A DNA stretch of 64,000 bases from Hemiscyllium ocellatum (lineage: Eukaryota): the NCBI RefSeq assembly GCF_020745735.1, contig NC_083409.1, forward strand, positions 16,478,789 through 16,542,788, written 5' to 3'. The notes below the pieces were generated by a model. That model was given only the letters and a program-made list of their open reading frames with translations, made no database searches and had not been told where the DNA came from. The number at the start of each line of letters is the position of its first letter. The first letter of the stretch is position 1. Position numbers and translations under genes: made by a program. This document shows positions 47,116 to 60,719 of the stretch, one piece after another.

Positions 47116-48104
47116 GTATGACCAGGCGTATGTACCTTCTGTCGGTCACTTTCTGTTATCAATTCCTGAAGCTGTGCATATATTAGAAACAACCAATACC
47201 TGCTTGACAGCTTATAGTTGCACTCTTCTGACACTCAAATCACAACAGAGTCAACAGTGGCAGGATAGATACATAGAGGATCCCAGGCTTCAGAATGCTT
47301 GTTCTTTCACACGTAATCTCATCCGAGGGTGTAATTTTAAAGATCTTGCACACAAACATTTTCTGTGCTTATGACTTTTTACAGTGTGTTACAACTTGTG
47401 CACCAATTGACTTGCAGATGCACTCTAGAACAGAAACCATTTGTAAACTGGGGTCTGCCAGTAACCTGAAACATGGGCACAATTTCAAATATGGAATAAT
47501 AATAATAAAACGTGGTTACAAGAATCCTTTGCCGTGTAGCCCACCTTAGTTGATTCTATTTGTTTTTTATTCAATGCTCACTGCTCTGTGAAACCAACTA
47601 TTAATGGAGATATGTTAGTGAAGCTCAGCCTTGTGCAGTATTTAGATCATCATCAGTTCATCAGAGCCATTAAGCTTTTATAAATTGGGACTGGAGTACA
47701 AAAATGAATGATGTTAAACCATCACAAATTACTGGTTAAGCTACAGTTAGAATGTTGTCCCCAGTATTGGGAACACTAATTCAGGAAGGACTTCAAGGCT
47801 GTGCACAGGAACCAGAAAGTGTTAACTTGACATTCGCTGATTATAGTAATCAAGAGAGATTCGATAAATTGCTGATCATTTTGATTGAATAGTGGTTCAG
47901 AGGAGACCTCAAACCTGGTCAGGATGTTGGAAGAACTGCTTCTACTGGTGGAAGAGACAGTAAGTAGATGGAAAATACAAAGTGAAGTTATGGAAGTCAC
48001 CAAATTAATAAAGTTACAGTTTCATTTCAAGGGGAGGCGATGGCCGAGTGGTATTAGTACCACGTACATAATCCAGATACTCAGTATATTTTAGTAAGCC
48101 TACA

Positions 48105-48285
48105 CTGGATAGGTCAGGCAGCATCAAAGGAGCAGGAGAATTGACGTTTCGAGCATTAGCACTTCTTCAGGCTTATGCCCGAAACGTCGATTCTCCTGCT
48201 CCTTTGATGCTGCCTGACCTGCTGCACTTTTCCAGCAACACATTTTGCAGCTCTGATCTCCAGCATCTGAAGTCCTCATTTTCTC
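48105..48285. mobile_element. Palindromic Penelope-like pseudo-LTR fragment
   Basis: aggtcaggcagcatcaaaggagcaggagaattgacgtttcgagc ... gcccgaaacgtcgattctcctgctcctttgatgctgcctgacct. The junction falls inside the hammerhead motif. Confidence 0.75.
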
Positions 48286-50082
48286 CTGCACGGGATAGTC
48301 CAACATATGTTGAGCTGGGGTGAATTCTCCTTGCTGCTCATAGAAGTTGGGTTCTTGGCATTTTTTGGACTTCATCAAGGGGAAATTGTCATCAGTGAGC
48401 ATTTGCTTTATTTAGTGTATGTGATTTTGGAAACTCTTCATATCTTGTATAATTGTGTGCTGTCTGCTGATGTGCATGTGATGTCGTTGTCCTTTATTTT
48501 TCCTCTGGTATCCCAGAGAGCTACCAACCATACGGTGGCTAGTGTGATGGTAGTCACTGATGAATCCTCTTGATGACTCAAATGGATTGGTAAACCCAAA
48601 GGGCCTTTTAGGCCTTGGCAAGTATGTTGCGAAGCTGTTGTCTGGGTTGTCAGGTTTGGCAGGTTAATCAGCCTTTAGGCTGCTGTGTCCAGTCAGTACA
48701 TTGTTGTTTAAATTTAAGAGTGGGAATGGTGTTGTAGAAGATTGGCTTTTGGGAATAGTAGAGGGAACATGGGCCCATCCAGTAAGGATGACTGTTTATC
48801 CTCATGAAGGGCTTGTGCCGGAATCATGGAGTCTCCTCTTTGGATGCTGCCTGACATGCTGTGCTTTTCCAGTGCCACACTTTTCAACTCTGTTTATCCC
48901 TAATGCCGACCGAGTCCAACAGATTGTTTAAAGCAGAGCTTCAGCAAACAGATACTTGATGGCATGAAATCTGCAGTGTTAAATGGTTTAAGTGATGTCT
49001 CATTTTGGCAGTTGTCAACATTTGTGATTGTGTAAATTTTGTGCTTTCAGTGCTCACGGGAAGTCATCAAAGAAAAGCACAAGCTCTTCATTGTTCCATT
49101 CCACTGTGAGTTCCATGTCTCAGAGCCCTTTTCAGAATGACGCAGTGATAACATCCAGAGAGGGGACAAGGCTGCGTGCTACTACCTCCACACCTTCACC
49201 TTCTCTAGCCGACATCAGTGTTACTGCAGCCTGGCCCTCCACATCCTCTGCTGCAGGTTGGAACTCTTGGAATCATGTTTTCTGTAACTGTCATTGGTTT
49301 GTCCCAACCGTCTCCATTGGAGTAGTTTAAAAAAAAAATAAAACCCTGAGTAAGTAGACAACCAAGTTGAAGTGACAGGCATAGTGATGACTGGATGAAA
49401 TGGTGAGGTGCCACGTGACGTGGAAGCAGGTGCTTTTCCATTCAAGTGGTCGGATCCTGTCTGAGGAACATTAAGCAGAAGTAGGCTATTCGGCCTGTTG
49501 AGCCATCCCCTGTCATTCAGTACAATCATGGCTGATCAGTGCTTCTGTATCGTTTTAGCCACCCTGTTCCATCACCCCATACACTGTTGGAAATCAAATC
49601 CGTCAATTTTTACATAAAACATAATTGATGACTATGCTTTCACAACTCTCTGTGGCAGTGAACTCCAAAAGATTCATGACCCTGAAGTAACAACAGAATT
49701 ATCATCAGCTCAGACTTATGACATGGTCTCACTTATAAGTTGTCCCACCAGTCCTAGACTCCCCAACGGGGGAAACATTACCTACATCTACCCTTTAAGT
49801 TTTTTGTAGATTTCAATGAAATCAATTCAAAATGCTGGAGAATGCAGGTCCAGTTTTCCCATCTCTCTCCATGAGAATGTCTAGAAACAAGTCTGGTGAA
49901 CCTTTGTTGCATTCTGATCATTCACCAGGACCCAAATACAATGATTTGGGTTTGGATTTTCCCGCACGCTTTGCTATTTGTTTTATCCTGTGAATCTCAT
50001 GAAAATTTCAATGTCTTGCCCTTATTGTCATTTTTTTACGCAGTTCCCGAACTTGTTTTGAATCCTGGAGAGGCGTGCAGTT

Positions 50083-50282
50083 NNNNNNNNNNNNNNNNNN
50101 NNNNNNNNNNNNNNNNNNNNNNNNNNNNNNNNNNNNNNNNNNNNNNNNNNNNNNNNNNNNNNNNNNNNNNNNNNNNNNNNNNNNNNNNNNNNNNNNNNNN
50201 NNNNNNNNNNNNNNNNNNNNNNNNNNNNNNNNNNNNNNNNNNNNNNNNNNNNNNNNNNNNNNNNNNNNNNNNNNNNNNNNNN
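50083..50282. other. Assembly gap (200 N)
   Basis: A run of exactly 200 N. The round size suggests an arbitrary scaffolding gap. Confidence 0.99.
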
Positions 50283-52039
50283 CCAATTGTTGGCTGAAGC
50301 CTCTGGTTGTTCGGTGAGTCCAAGCCATTGTCTTGCTCTCTGCAGTTATACCATCAACTTGGTTTCTCAGTGTGAGCCAGGAGACCACTGCGTGGTGACT
50401 TCCTGTTCCACTGTCGGTGTTTAAAGCAAGTGGGAACTGTCGAGGTTAATCCCATCATGAACATCAGAACATTGTTGGAACTACCTCCACTGACTCATTT
50501 CTTTGGCCACCATTGCAGTAAAAGCAAATCTCTCCTTTGCCAGCACAAAGAGAAAGTGCCTGTCAGATTCCCTCGTGTGTGATGGTTTAGCCCAATAGGA
50601 GCAACCCTGGTAAATCATGCTGTATCAGCCTGGACAGAATCCTGGGCAAACTCCAAATGAAACCATGACCTTTAGTAGATCTGCTGCTACACAAAATATT
50701 GAATTGGAATCCTTGTTCCCGAATCACCTCGTCAAACCTAAATACAATTGAGAAAATAAAAACCAAACCCATTTCCCCAGGGCATATGTCACAACAAGAA
50801 AGTGGGGAGCAGACAGTTACTGTTCGCCTGTCTCTGCGGAGCGTCGCTTTTCCTGTCTCCGCTCTCCTTGCAGGATATCATTTTTACCACCCTTTCTGTC
50901 TGAGAATACTACTGTTCCTGTCCCCACTCTCTTGGGACAGGTTGGGGATGTCACAACCAACCAGTTTGTTAGTTCCATTTACTCTCATGAAATGTGTAAT
51001 CCCTGCTTCACTATGTGTGTGAGCCATGTGTGAAAACCCAGCACAGCCAACCCTTCACTTCAATCAGATCACAGGGTCCGAGGTTGGTCTGTACTATCTG
51101 GACCCAGACAAAAACACTGACTGACTGGATCACGATCAAGATAACCCAGATCAAGTCCCAGTGAGACTGCTGTTGACTTTCACCCTCAAATCCCACTGAG
51201 GAGGTGGTTATTAATCCCAGTGTTGTCATAGATTAACTCCCAGAGGTTCATGATTCATTCTAGATTTACACAAGTGTGTGATGTTGTCAGGCGACAGCTG
51301 GGAGACATGGAGATAAAATATAAAAGGAGACAGAATTATATTTATGCTATACGTTTCTTGAACTTAGGATGTTTGGAAATGTTTCACAGTCAATGGAATA
51401 CTTCCAAAAACCAGACATTGTTGTGATGTGGGAACTGTGACTGCCTGGGCAAGGCAGATCTTTTCACAGCACCACCCAGAGACTGGAGGCTGCTACTGCA
51501 GGCAGGCTCCAACCAGCTCTGCTGTGAGGGAAGGACACTGGAGCACACAAGGACATGGGAAATAGGAGCAGGAGGAAGCCTCCAATAGCTGTCCATCCTT
51601 TCTTAAATACAGGGACCAAAATTGCAAACAATACTCCAAATGCAGGCTCACTAACACCCTCGATAGTTTTAATAGGATTTCTCTGTTTTTAAATTTCAAC
51701 CCCAGCAATAAAGGTGAAAATTCCATTCGCCTTCTCGATTCCTTGCTGCTCCTGCACTAACTGTCTGTGTTTCATGCACAATACTACCCAGATCACTCTG
51801 TACTGCACTTTGTTGGAATCTCTCACTATTTAAATAATAGTCTGCCTTTAGGTTATTCTGACCCAAGTGTATGGTCTCACACTTTTTGACATTAAATTCC
51901 GTCCACTGTGTATTAGTGGTTCATTTCCAGTTTGGTCTTCTCTTTGTGATTGACTGTCTCAATGCATCTGTCTGTAGTGTGTCCCATTCCCATTTGTTGA
52001 TGGCCCTGATACTTGATTGTCTAAACCTTTTCTGGTTCC

Positions 52040-54390
52040 ATTCAGTGACAGGCAGGAGGTTGGAAGAACACAGCAAGGCAGGCAGCATCAGGTGGTGGAG
52101 AAGTTGATGTTTTGGTGTAATCTTCTTCAGGAATGGGGTTAGGTGTAGAGGAAGCAGATAAAAGGGGGTAGTGGGGACAGGATGATTTAAGTGAGGATGG
52201 TGAAGACAGGTAGATGATACACTTGGTTGGTCAATGGGAGGAATGAATCTGGTAGGTGGCAGGCAGGAGTGGAAGGGAGGGAGAGGGGCTGGGAAGGGAA
52301 TCGGGGGAAGGGAAGAGTGGTTATTTGAAATTGGAGAACTTAATGTTGAGTCATCTGGGCTGTAGGCTGCCCAGATGGAAGATGAAGTATTGTTCCACCA
52401 ATTTGTGGTTTGGTTCATTGTGGCAATGGAGGAGGCTGATGATGGTCATGTCGGAAAGGGATTGGGAAGGGGAATTGAAATGGACTGTGACTGAGAGGTC
52501 TGATCGGCCCTTGCAGGCCTGGCTGAGATGCTCGGTGAAACATTCCCTAAGATTATATTTTGTCTTCACAATGTAGAGAAGACCACATCACGGGCACCTG
52601 ATGCAGTAAACTAGTTTGGAGGAGAGGCAATGTCTCACCTGGAAGGACTGTTTGGGGCCCTGGATGGAGGGGACGGATTGGTGTAACAGCAGGCTTTGCA
52701 TCTTTTTGCGTTGCAGGGGAAGGTTCCTGGGGGTTCGGGAGGGTAGGTGGGCAGTGGCACAAACCAAGAATTGTCAAAGGGAACAGTCCTTGTGGAAGGC
52801 AGCCAGGGGTGGGGAGAGGAAGATGTTCTTGGTGGTTAGTCTAGTTGGAGTTGGTGGAAGCGTTTAAGGATGATGCGTTAATTGGTACAGGGATTGGTAA
52901 TAGTTGAGGACAATGGTGAGTCTGACTTCATTGTGTTTGGAGAGGGGTCGGTTTAGAGCAATGGAACGGGAAATGGAGGTAGTGCAGTGGATGACAGAAG
53001 GATGACAGAAGGAGGAAAAGCATGTTGTTCATAAGAGGTGGACATCTGTGATCAGCGAAATGTCTCCTCATCCGAGCAGATGGAGTGGAGGCAGAGGAAT
53101 TGGGAGAATGGGATGGAGTTCTGCAGGAGACTGGTTGGGAGGAGGTGTAGCCCAGGTAGTAATGGGAGTCTGTGGGTGTGTAGTAATTGCCTGTTTGAAG
53201 ATTATCGCCAGAATTGGAAATGGAGAGGTGTAGAAAAGGCAGGGAGGTGTCTGAGATGGATGAAGTGAAGTAGAGGACAGGGTGGAAGTTGTGGGGAAAG
53301 TCAATGAACTGCTCCAGTTCAGCCTGGATGCAGGATGCTGCACCGATATAGTCACTGATGTAATGGCACAGTGCCTGTATAGTCACTGAAGAGGGACTGG
53401 TCGACATTGCTCAAACGGGGGCCCATGGCCACCCCCTGGACTAGTTTGGCAAGGCGGAGGAATATATTGGTGGACCGGGACTGGATGGGTCCGTTGCAAA
53501 GGAAAAGGTGTTGGGCCTGGAGGCCATCCTTGTGGGGTATGGACATGTATAAGGACTGCACATCCATCGTGGAGATAAAGCACTTAGGGCTGGGGAACTG
53601 GAGGTTACTGAAGAGATGGAAGGCATGGTTGGTGTAGCCGATGTAGGTGGGCAGTGCCTGAACCAAGGAGGAGAGTTGAGGTAGGATGAGAGGAGTTCGG
53701 TGGGGCAGGGGCATGCTGAGATGATGGGTCAACTGGGTAGTTGGGCTTGTGGATTTTGGGGAGCAGGGAGAACTGGGCAATGCAGGGCTGAGGGACTATG
53801 AGAGACAGTGGAGGGGAGATCACTGGAGGCAATGAGGTCACTGACAGTGTGAGTGATTTTGGCCTGATGGGTCACAGCGGGGTTATGGGCAAGGGGGAGG
53901 TAGGACGTGGTGTCTAAGAGTTGGGGTTCAGCCTCTGTGACTTTTAGGTCTGTTCTCCAGACTAACACCACCCCACATTTGTCAGCGGGTTTGTTGGTGA
54001 AACAGGGGTTGGCACATAGAGAGTGGAGTGCTTGATCAGAGGGGGTGTGGTTGGAATGGGTGAGGGGGAGAAATGGAGGCGGGTGATGGCACATCAACAG
54101 TCAGCAATGAAGAGGTCTCGAGTGTGTACACAGCTAATAGGGGGTGACCAAATGGAGGAGTAAAGTTAGAGATGGGAGAAGGGGTCCTCAGAGGGAGTTT
54201 GGAAGTTTTTGTTAAAGAAGAAGATACGAAGGTAGAGGCGGCGGAAGAAGAGCTCCACGTGGTGGTGGGTGTGGGTTTCATTGAGGTGGGGTCGGGCGGG
54301 AATGACTGTGAGCCCTTTCCTGAGGATGGATCTTTTGGCCTCAGACAGTTTGAGGTCAGGGCGGTATAGTAAATATGGGGCAAAGCTCAG
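52040..54390 (-). mobile_element. Decayed Penelope-like element, paralogue of 16330-18770
   Basis: Minus-strand AQFSLLPKIHKPN, LRKGLTVIP and HFNSPSQS..YFIFHLGSLQPR. Confidence 0.9.
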
Positions 54391-54772
54391 GGTTGAGGTT
54401 TTGGAGGGGGCCCAAGTTGGCTGAAGGAGGGGAGGGGGGAAGGGTGATGGCATGCAGTGGGTGAGGGTTGGTTGTGGTGTAGCACGGGGGAATGGGTGTT
54501 GGAGAGAAAGGAGATTGGGGCGGAGGTGGGCTGTGGAGTGAGGTGGGGGAGTGGGAAAGCGGGGATGAGGTGAAGAGGGAGAAGTGGAGGGATAGGGTGC
54601 ATTGAGGGGGTGGATGGGTGAGGAGGGAGAGCGAGTGTGCTGGCTGGCTGCAGGTAGGCAGTTGGACTCAGGGTGACTGTGGGAAATGCAGTCTGAGTCT
54701 TGGTTGCAGAGTGGGAGGGGCCTGAATTGTAGGCAGAGGTTGGAGCGAAGTCAAGGCCAGTCTGAGTGTTTT

Positions 54773-55070
54773 GACTCAGGTTCAATTCCAGCCTCAGGCA
54801 AATGTCTGTGTGGAGTGTGTACATTCTCCAAATGTCTGCGTAGGTTTCCTCTGGGTGCTCTGGTTTCCTCCCACATTCTAAAGACATGCAGGTTAAGTGA
54901 ATTGGCTGTGCTATGTTGCCCATAGTGATCAGGGATGTGTAGGTTAGGTTCATTAGTCAGGGCAAAAGTAGAGTAATGGGATAGGAGATTGGGTCTTGGG
55001 TGGGTTACTCTTCCAAGGATAAGTGTGGACTTGTTGGGCCTGTTTCCTCACAGTAGGGATTCTATGACAG
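54773..55070 (+). mobile_element. HE1 SINE, paralogue of 15681-15984
   Basis: ggttcaattccagcctcaggc..ctgggtgctctggtttcctcccacattctaaagacatgcagg..ggcctgtttcctcacagtaggg. Confidence 0.8.
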
Positions 55071-55302
55071 GCCATTCCAGATTCCCACCACCCGCTGAGT
55101 GAAAACATTCTTCCCCAAATCTTATTTGTGGTGCCCATGATGAAATATTTCAAACCATTCATTTTGTCTCGTGTCGTTTAGCTCTTGGGCTCCTTGTTCA
55201 ATAAATGGTTTATTCTTTTTGATAAAATATGAGTTCCCTGACAGGGACAGTTAACTTTGTCCAATCAAGGAGTCCTGGCTGGCAGATAAAAAGAGGAGTG
55301 TC

Positions 55303-55647
55303 TTAATCCCTGCCCTCCCCTTCACTGTTTGATCACACAACATTGCCCTTTGATGTGAAGTGCACTGCTTGTCACTGGCCACGCGGGTGTTTTCCTATCT
55401 TCCTGGTGGTGGAAATTGAATAAAGATTCGGGCGCTTTGTGTCTCTCACTGTGTCTCACACCTACACACACACACACCATGGGTGCTGGGGAAAAAAAAT
55501 AAGCTCCCCTGCATTCGGCGGCAGTGTGGGGGTGAAATAAAACAGGCATGTTAGGGGTTCTGAACATTCTGAGAGCTGGCTCTGAGGGAGCTGGATCAGT
55601 GTCAAGGACTCTCCACATGTAAGTAAGAAAAAAAGAAGAAAAAAAGA
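55303..55647 (+). mobile_element. 345-bp retroposed insertion of unknown source with A-rich tail, right arm only
   Basis: 15-bp TSD aaaaagaggagtgtc (55288-55302, 55648-55662) and tail aagaaaaaaagaagaaaaaaag. Empty site in the left arm (~15440-15460). Confidence 0.85.
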
Positions 55648-56482
55648 AAAAAGAGGAGTGTCAGAAGGACTGAAACTCTGGTACCTGACTCTGAATAACA
55701 ACCTGCCAACCAACCCCCTCCTTCTGTCATCCTCAATCTCCCCCTGCTTACTCTTGTTTCACCTTCGATCCAGCCTGTGCTGCCTTTGGGAGAGGTTGGC
55801 CTTCCCTCCATCACCCAGGAATGTGGTCATTATCCCAGAGCAGTCACACTTTTAACCTGAGGGTCATCACAGCTGTAGCAGGGGGAGAGAAGGTGGCACC
55901 TTCATGGTGGTCATACCTGTCATTAATCCACCACAACCTCTCTTGGGGCTGTATGAATTCAACCTCCCTCCCTCAGACAGCTCCCCTCCCTGGAAGGTAA
56001 TATTGCTGCACCTAGTTTTGGGTTAATTAACCACTGAAATATGACTATGGGGAGCCAGCATTGGCTGGGCAGGCAGCCACAACTCCTCTGGCCCTGGATT
56101 CAAAAAATCTCCTCGGAATTGATCAACACATTTGGGAGCACAGTGCCCACTGCCTCTGAAATCCCTCCCTTCCTGAGAATACACTCTCAGTATTCACCTT
56201 TTTCAGCTGCTATCTGAATTTGCTATAAATTCTGTGCCCAATGATCCTGCCCTTCCAGCTACCTAATGAAGGGGCAGCACTCCGAATGCTTTTACTTCCA
56301 AATAAACCTGTTGACTATTATCTGGTGTTGTGTGTTTTTTAACTTTGGCCATCTGAATGAGCTGCCTCTCAGACTGAATCAGCTGAGCTGTTTTTCACTC
56401 ATGATTTGAGAAGATTAAAGCCAAATCTTCAATCCCCAGCACAAAGCCCATTCTCAATCCATCGCTCGGAGACACAGACCTC

Positions 56483-56836
56483 AGAGAGACACCTACAGGC
56501 AGCACAGAGTAACACACTCACACTGAGAGAGACACCTACAGGCAGCACAGAGTAACACACTCACACTGAGAGAGACACCTACAGGCAGCACAGAGTAACA
56601 CACTCACATTGAGAGAGACACCTACAGGCAGCACAGAGTAACACACTCACACTGAGAGAGACACCTACAGGCAGCTTTTTTGGCTTATGCTCGAAACGTC
56701 GAATTCTCTATTCCTGAGATGCTGCCAACCTGCTGTGCTTTGACAGCAACACATTTGCACCTACAGGCAGCACAGAGTAACACACTCACATTGAGAGAGA
56801 CACCTTCAGGCAGCACTAAGTAACACACTCACACTC
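56483..56836 (+). repeat. 43-bp minisatellite, ~7 units (degenerate units continue to ~56970)
   Basis: cctacagg at 56492, 56535, 56578, 56621, 56664, then 56760 and 56803 after an insertion. Confidence 0.93.
56676..56757 (+). mobile_element. 82-bp Penelope pseudo-LTR micro-insertion in the minisatellite
   Basis: T6 + ggcttatgctcgaaacgtcgaattctc...acatttg, near-identical to the reverse complement of 33789-33868. 14-bp duplication cacctacaggcagc at 56662-56675 and 56758-56771. Confidence 0.88.
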
Positions 56837-57839
56837 CATGCTGCGGATCGGTGTCTCACCGAATGTGGGTGTGTTACTGAGCGCTGTCTGTGGTGTGTCT
56901 CTGAGTAACACAGCCACACTCAGAGAGACATCTACAGGCAGTATTGAGTTAAACACTCACACTCAGAGAGGCACACAGCCAACAATGTCTGTGATTGGCC
57001 GAAGATTATTTCAGGGGCTATCCGACATGCAGCAGAGATTGCACAGTTCGATCCCATCAGCTGGGCATGTACCAACAGAGTGAAGAGGGAATGCATCAGA
57101 TTGCACTTACTGAGTCCCAACAACTTTCAGTTTCTGTTCTTTTTGGAATCTACATAAATTCCTGATTAAAGGGATCATTTGAAAATGATTGATGATTGAT
57201 GATTGTAATTGATTGACAGGCCAAGTAACCAATTGTGACAATGACCTGCTGAAATACAGCCAATCAACTGAGAGATGGGGGGGAGGAGAAAGTCAGTTAT
57301 TTCCAAAGCACACGGAGACAGAGACTGAATTTTCACCTTTATTCCCTTTTCCACATTCACATTCACAGAAAAAGAAACAACTGCAATTAACAGCCAAGAC
57401 AGAGGAAGCTGCTCAAATTCATAGCCACAATGGAGATTGAGGAAAACACTTGGAGAGATTTTCTCAATAACATGAGAATCCTGTCCCTTTAAACAGTGAC
57501 AAAACCTTAAACTGGAACTGGCAGCTGAGCAGGAAGGAGATCTGGTTTACTGAAGCAGAGACTTCTGAGGTTCACATTGTTTTGTGCAGCTAACATAACA
57601 AGGCAATCCTGTCCCCATCAAACATTCCCAGGACAAGGACAGCATGGGGTTTGACACAGTGTAAAGCTCTCTTGACACTGTCGCGATGACCTGCTTTAAT
57701 ATCCAAACCTCAGAAGTTTCTCTGAGCAATCCTGAGAAGGAAGAGAGTTGAAATTCAGTGCTGACAATGACCTTTGTCCTGCCAGCTCAGCCCTGTTCTG
57801 TTTAAAGTTGTGTCTCCTCTGTGGACTGTCTCCAACACT

Positions 57840-58168
57840 CTACACACATTCTGATCTCCTGATGCTCTTGCTGAGGGGAGAGGGGAGGGTCACGTGGGTG
57901 AGGGCACAGGAGAAGCGAGCGTCGGACTCCCAGTCAGACCCAGAGAGGGTCAGCAGGCTGCTGACACTGTAGGTGCTGTCCGAAGCTCGCAGGTAGTTGC
58001 TGGTCTGAACCCCGTCCGAAATGACTGCACCGTCCTTCTTCCACTGCACCTCCAGCTCATCGGGATAGAAGTGATTGGCAAGGCACACCAGGGTGGCAGT
58101 GCCCTTGGCATTGACCTGCTCCGGGGAGGGGGGCAGCAGGGTCAGCTTGGGCTGAGAGTTCTCACGGC
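57840..58168 (-). CDS. IGKC: Ig kappa constant exon, cluster 2
   Basis: Acceptor tctttcAG (58170-58169). S-RENSQPKLTLLPPSPEQVNAKGTATLVC...WESDARFSCALTH...RRSECV*. 329 nt, 8 substitutions versus C exon 1. Confidence 0.97.
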
Positions 58169-60719
58169 CTGAAAGACAAGAGAAACAATTTTAATTCCTG
58201 CCACTGGAAGGGAATTCAACCATAATCTGGCCATACAATCTTTTTGAACATTTGTCATCAATACAGAATAAACCCAACAAATGACCAAGCATTGTTCACA
58301 TTGCTTCTTGGGATGTGGGTGTCACTGGCAGGGCCAACATTTATTACCCATCCCTAATTGCCCCTGAGAAGGTGATGGTGAAGTAGCATAGAGAGAAGGG
58401 ACAGTTTCTGGGCAGCTGGAAGGGCTGTCAATGGGGGAGCATTTTCGTGACAGTGATCAGATCTCAGTGAGATTGAGAGAAGGGATGGAAATGGAGAACC
58501 ATGGAGCAAGTGTAAAAGTTTTCATTTTACTAAACTGTGCGGTGCTTTGGTAAAAGTGGATCGGAACCAATGGCATGATGGGAAATCAGTGTCAGGGCAG
58601 TAGGAGCCCTCGAAGGATGAGATAGACTGTTCAGAATCTGGTCCCACAATTAGTAAGGGTGTGGCTTCCAGATCTAGACCAAATGAACAAGAGGATTGGG
58701 GTTCACATACTGACATGGATTGGGAACTGGTTGGCAGACAGGACAGAAAGAATGAGTCTTTTTCTGAATGACAGGTAGTTACACAGTGGTCAGTCCTTGG
58801 TACTCAGTTATTCTTAAAGTATAATAATAGAATCATTGAGTCAGAGAGACCCAAAAGGCCCATCAGCCCATTGTGTCCATACTGGTCAAAAAACAACAAC
58901 CCAATAATTCTCATCCATTTTACCAGCATGAGGGAATTAGATGCGGTATGTGTTCAATAAGGAATTAGATGTAGTTCTTCGGACTAAAGGGATCAAAGGA
59001 TGTGGGGAGAAAGCAGGAACAGGGGACTGTGTTGGATAATCAGCCATGATCATATTGAATGGTGGAGCAGGCTTGGGGGCCGAATGGCCTACGGTTGCTC
59101 GTAGTTTGGATGTTTCTATCTGTATCTCAGATAATGAAGGAATTTGAAGCTGCAAGTCATGTGGAGGTGAAAGATGTGGCCATGGTGTTTAATGCAGGTC
59201 AGTGAGGTGGTAAGAAGACACATGGGATAAACTGTTCTTCATTTTCCCTTGATGGAATGAGGGCAATTGCTGGATCGGCAGCATTTATTGTCCATCGCTA
59301 ATCACCCAAAGGGCAGTTTAGAGTCACCCACATTGCTGTGGGTCTGGGGTCACATGGTAAGGATGGCAGTTTCTTTCCCGAAAGGACATTAGGGAATCAG
59401 ATGCCGTTTTCCTGACAATCAAAGATGGTTTCGTGCTCGTCATTAGACTCTTAATTCCAGATTTTTTTTGATTGAATTTGAATGCCACCATCTGCTGGAT
59501 TCTAACCCTGGTCCCCAGAACATTACCTGGATCTCTGGATTAACAGCTCAGCAATAACACCATTAGACCATCACCTCCCTTATCTCATTTTTGGTTGACT
59601 GTGAAAGCAAGGTGTTTGTTTATTCTGGAACTGTATAAAACCCCAGTTAGAGCACAGTGAGAGAACTGTGTACGGTTCTGGTCACCACATTACAGAAGGA
59701 TGTGATCTCTTGAGAGACCAGGACAGAGGAAGAGTTTGTCTGGAATGGGAACTTTGAGTTTTGAGGAATGTTTGGATTGGCTGGGAGTGTTTTTGTTGGA
59801 ACAGAGGAGGCTGAGGGGAGATTTGATGGTGGTGTGTAAAATGATGAGGGGCCTGGACAGAGTGGGTAGGAAGGACTGATTTCCACCAGCACAGAGGGCA
59901 ATAACCCTGGGGAGAGATTGAAATCAGTTGGGGGCAGGATTAGAGGGGAGTTAAGGACATTTGTTTTCACCCAGAGGCTGGTGGGATGTGGGACTCACAG
60001 CCTGAAAGGGTGGGAGAGGCAGAAACCCTCATCACTTTGAAAAAACACTTGGGTATTCACTTCAAACAGCAAAACCTCCAGAGCTATGGAGCAAGAGCTG
60101 GAAAGTGGGATGGATCTTGATACTTCTTTAACAAACCTCCGATCACCCACAGATCAGGAGAAATTTATCCGAGAACTTTGGAGCAGACTCGGATCCACAC
60201 ACTTCGGGAATGAGTCACATTGGGGTGTCTGTGTAGAAGGTTCTAGATTACATTTCAAACCTTGCTGCACACTGCTGGGCTGAGGTCAAGGGTGAGGCTG
60301 CAAAGAGTCTCAGTGTCCTTTGGGTCACTGCTCCTAATGATCCCATGCCCCCGGAAGGTGAGAGTGCACAGACAATGGGTGAGTGTTCGGATCAGGAGAC
60401 TTCAAACTTAAAGAAAGACTTGCATTTGTGAAGCACCTGTCCCCAAATCAAGATGTCCCAATGGATCTTTCCTGCAGACTGTGCACAGCGAGATCCCAAA
60501 CACAATATGATAAAAAGAAGAGAAACAGATTTTCATTGATTTTGACTGGGGGATAAATATTGATTAGGGACACCAGGGGGAACTGCCTGCTCTTCATCCA
60601 AAAGTCCATGGAATGGCATCTTTCACAACTGGAAGACTCTCAGTTCATCAAAAAAAAAGAATAGTTCACTGGAAGTGAGGTTGCAGGTAGGTGGGGGGGG
60701 TGGGGGGGGGGGGTGACAA

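Noticed and set aside
49028-49330. Ser-rich 100-aa ORF as the next CEP350 exon
   Set aside because: No resemblance to the recalled downstream CEP350 sequence and no clear splice sites.
49896-50388. ORFs of 80-133 aa around 50 kb
   Set aside because: Artefacts of translating through the 200-N gap.
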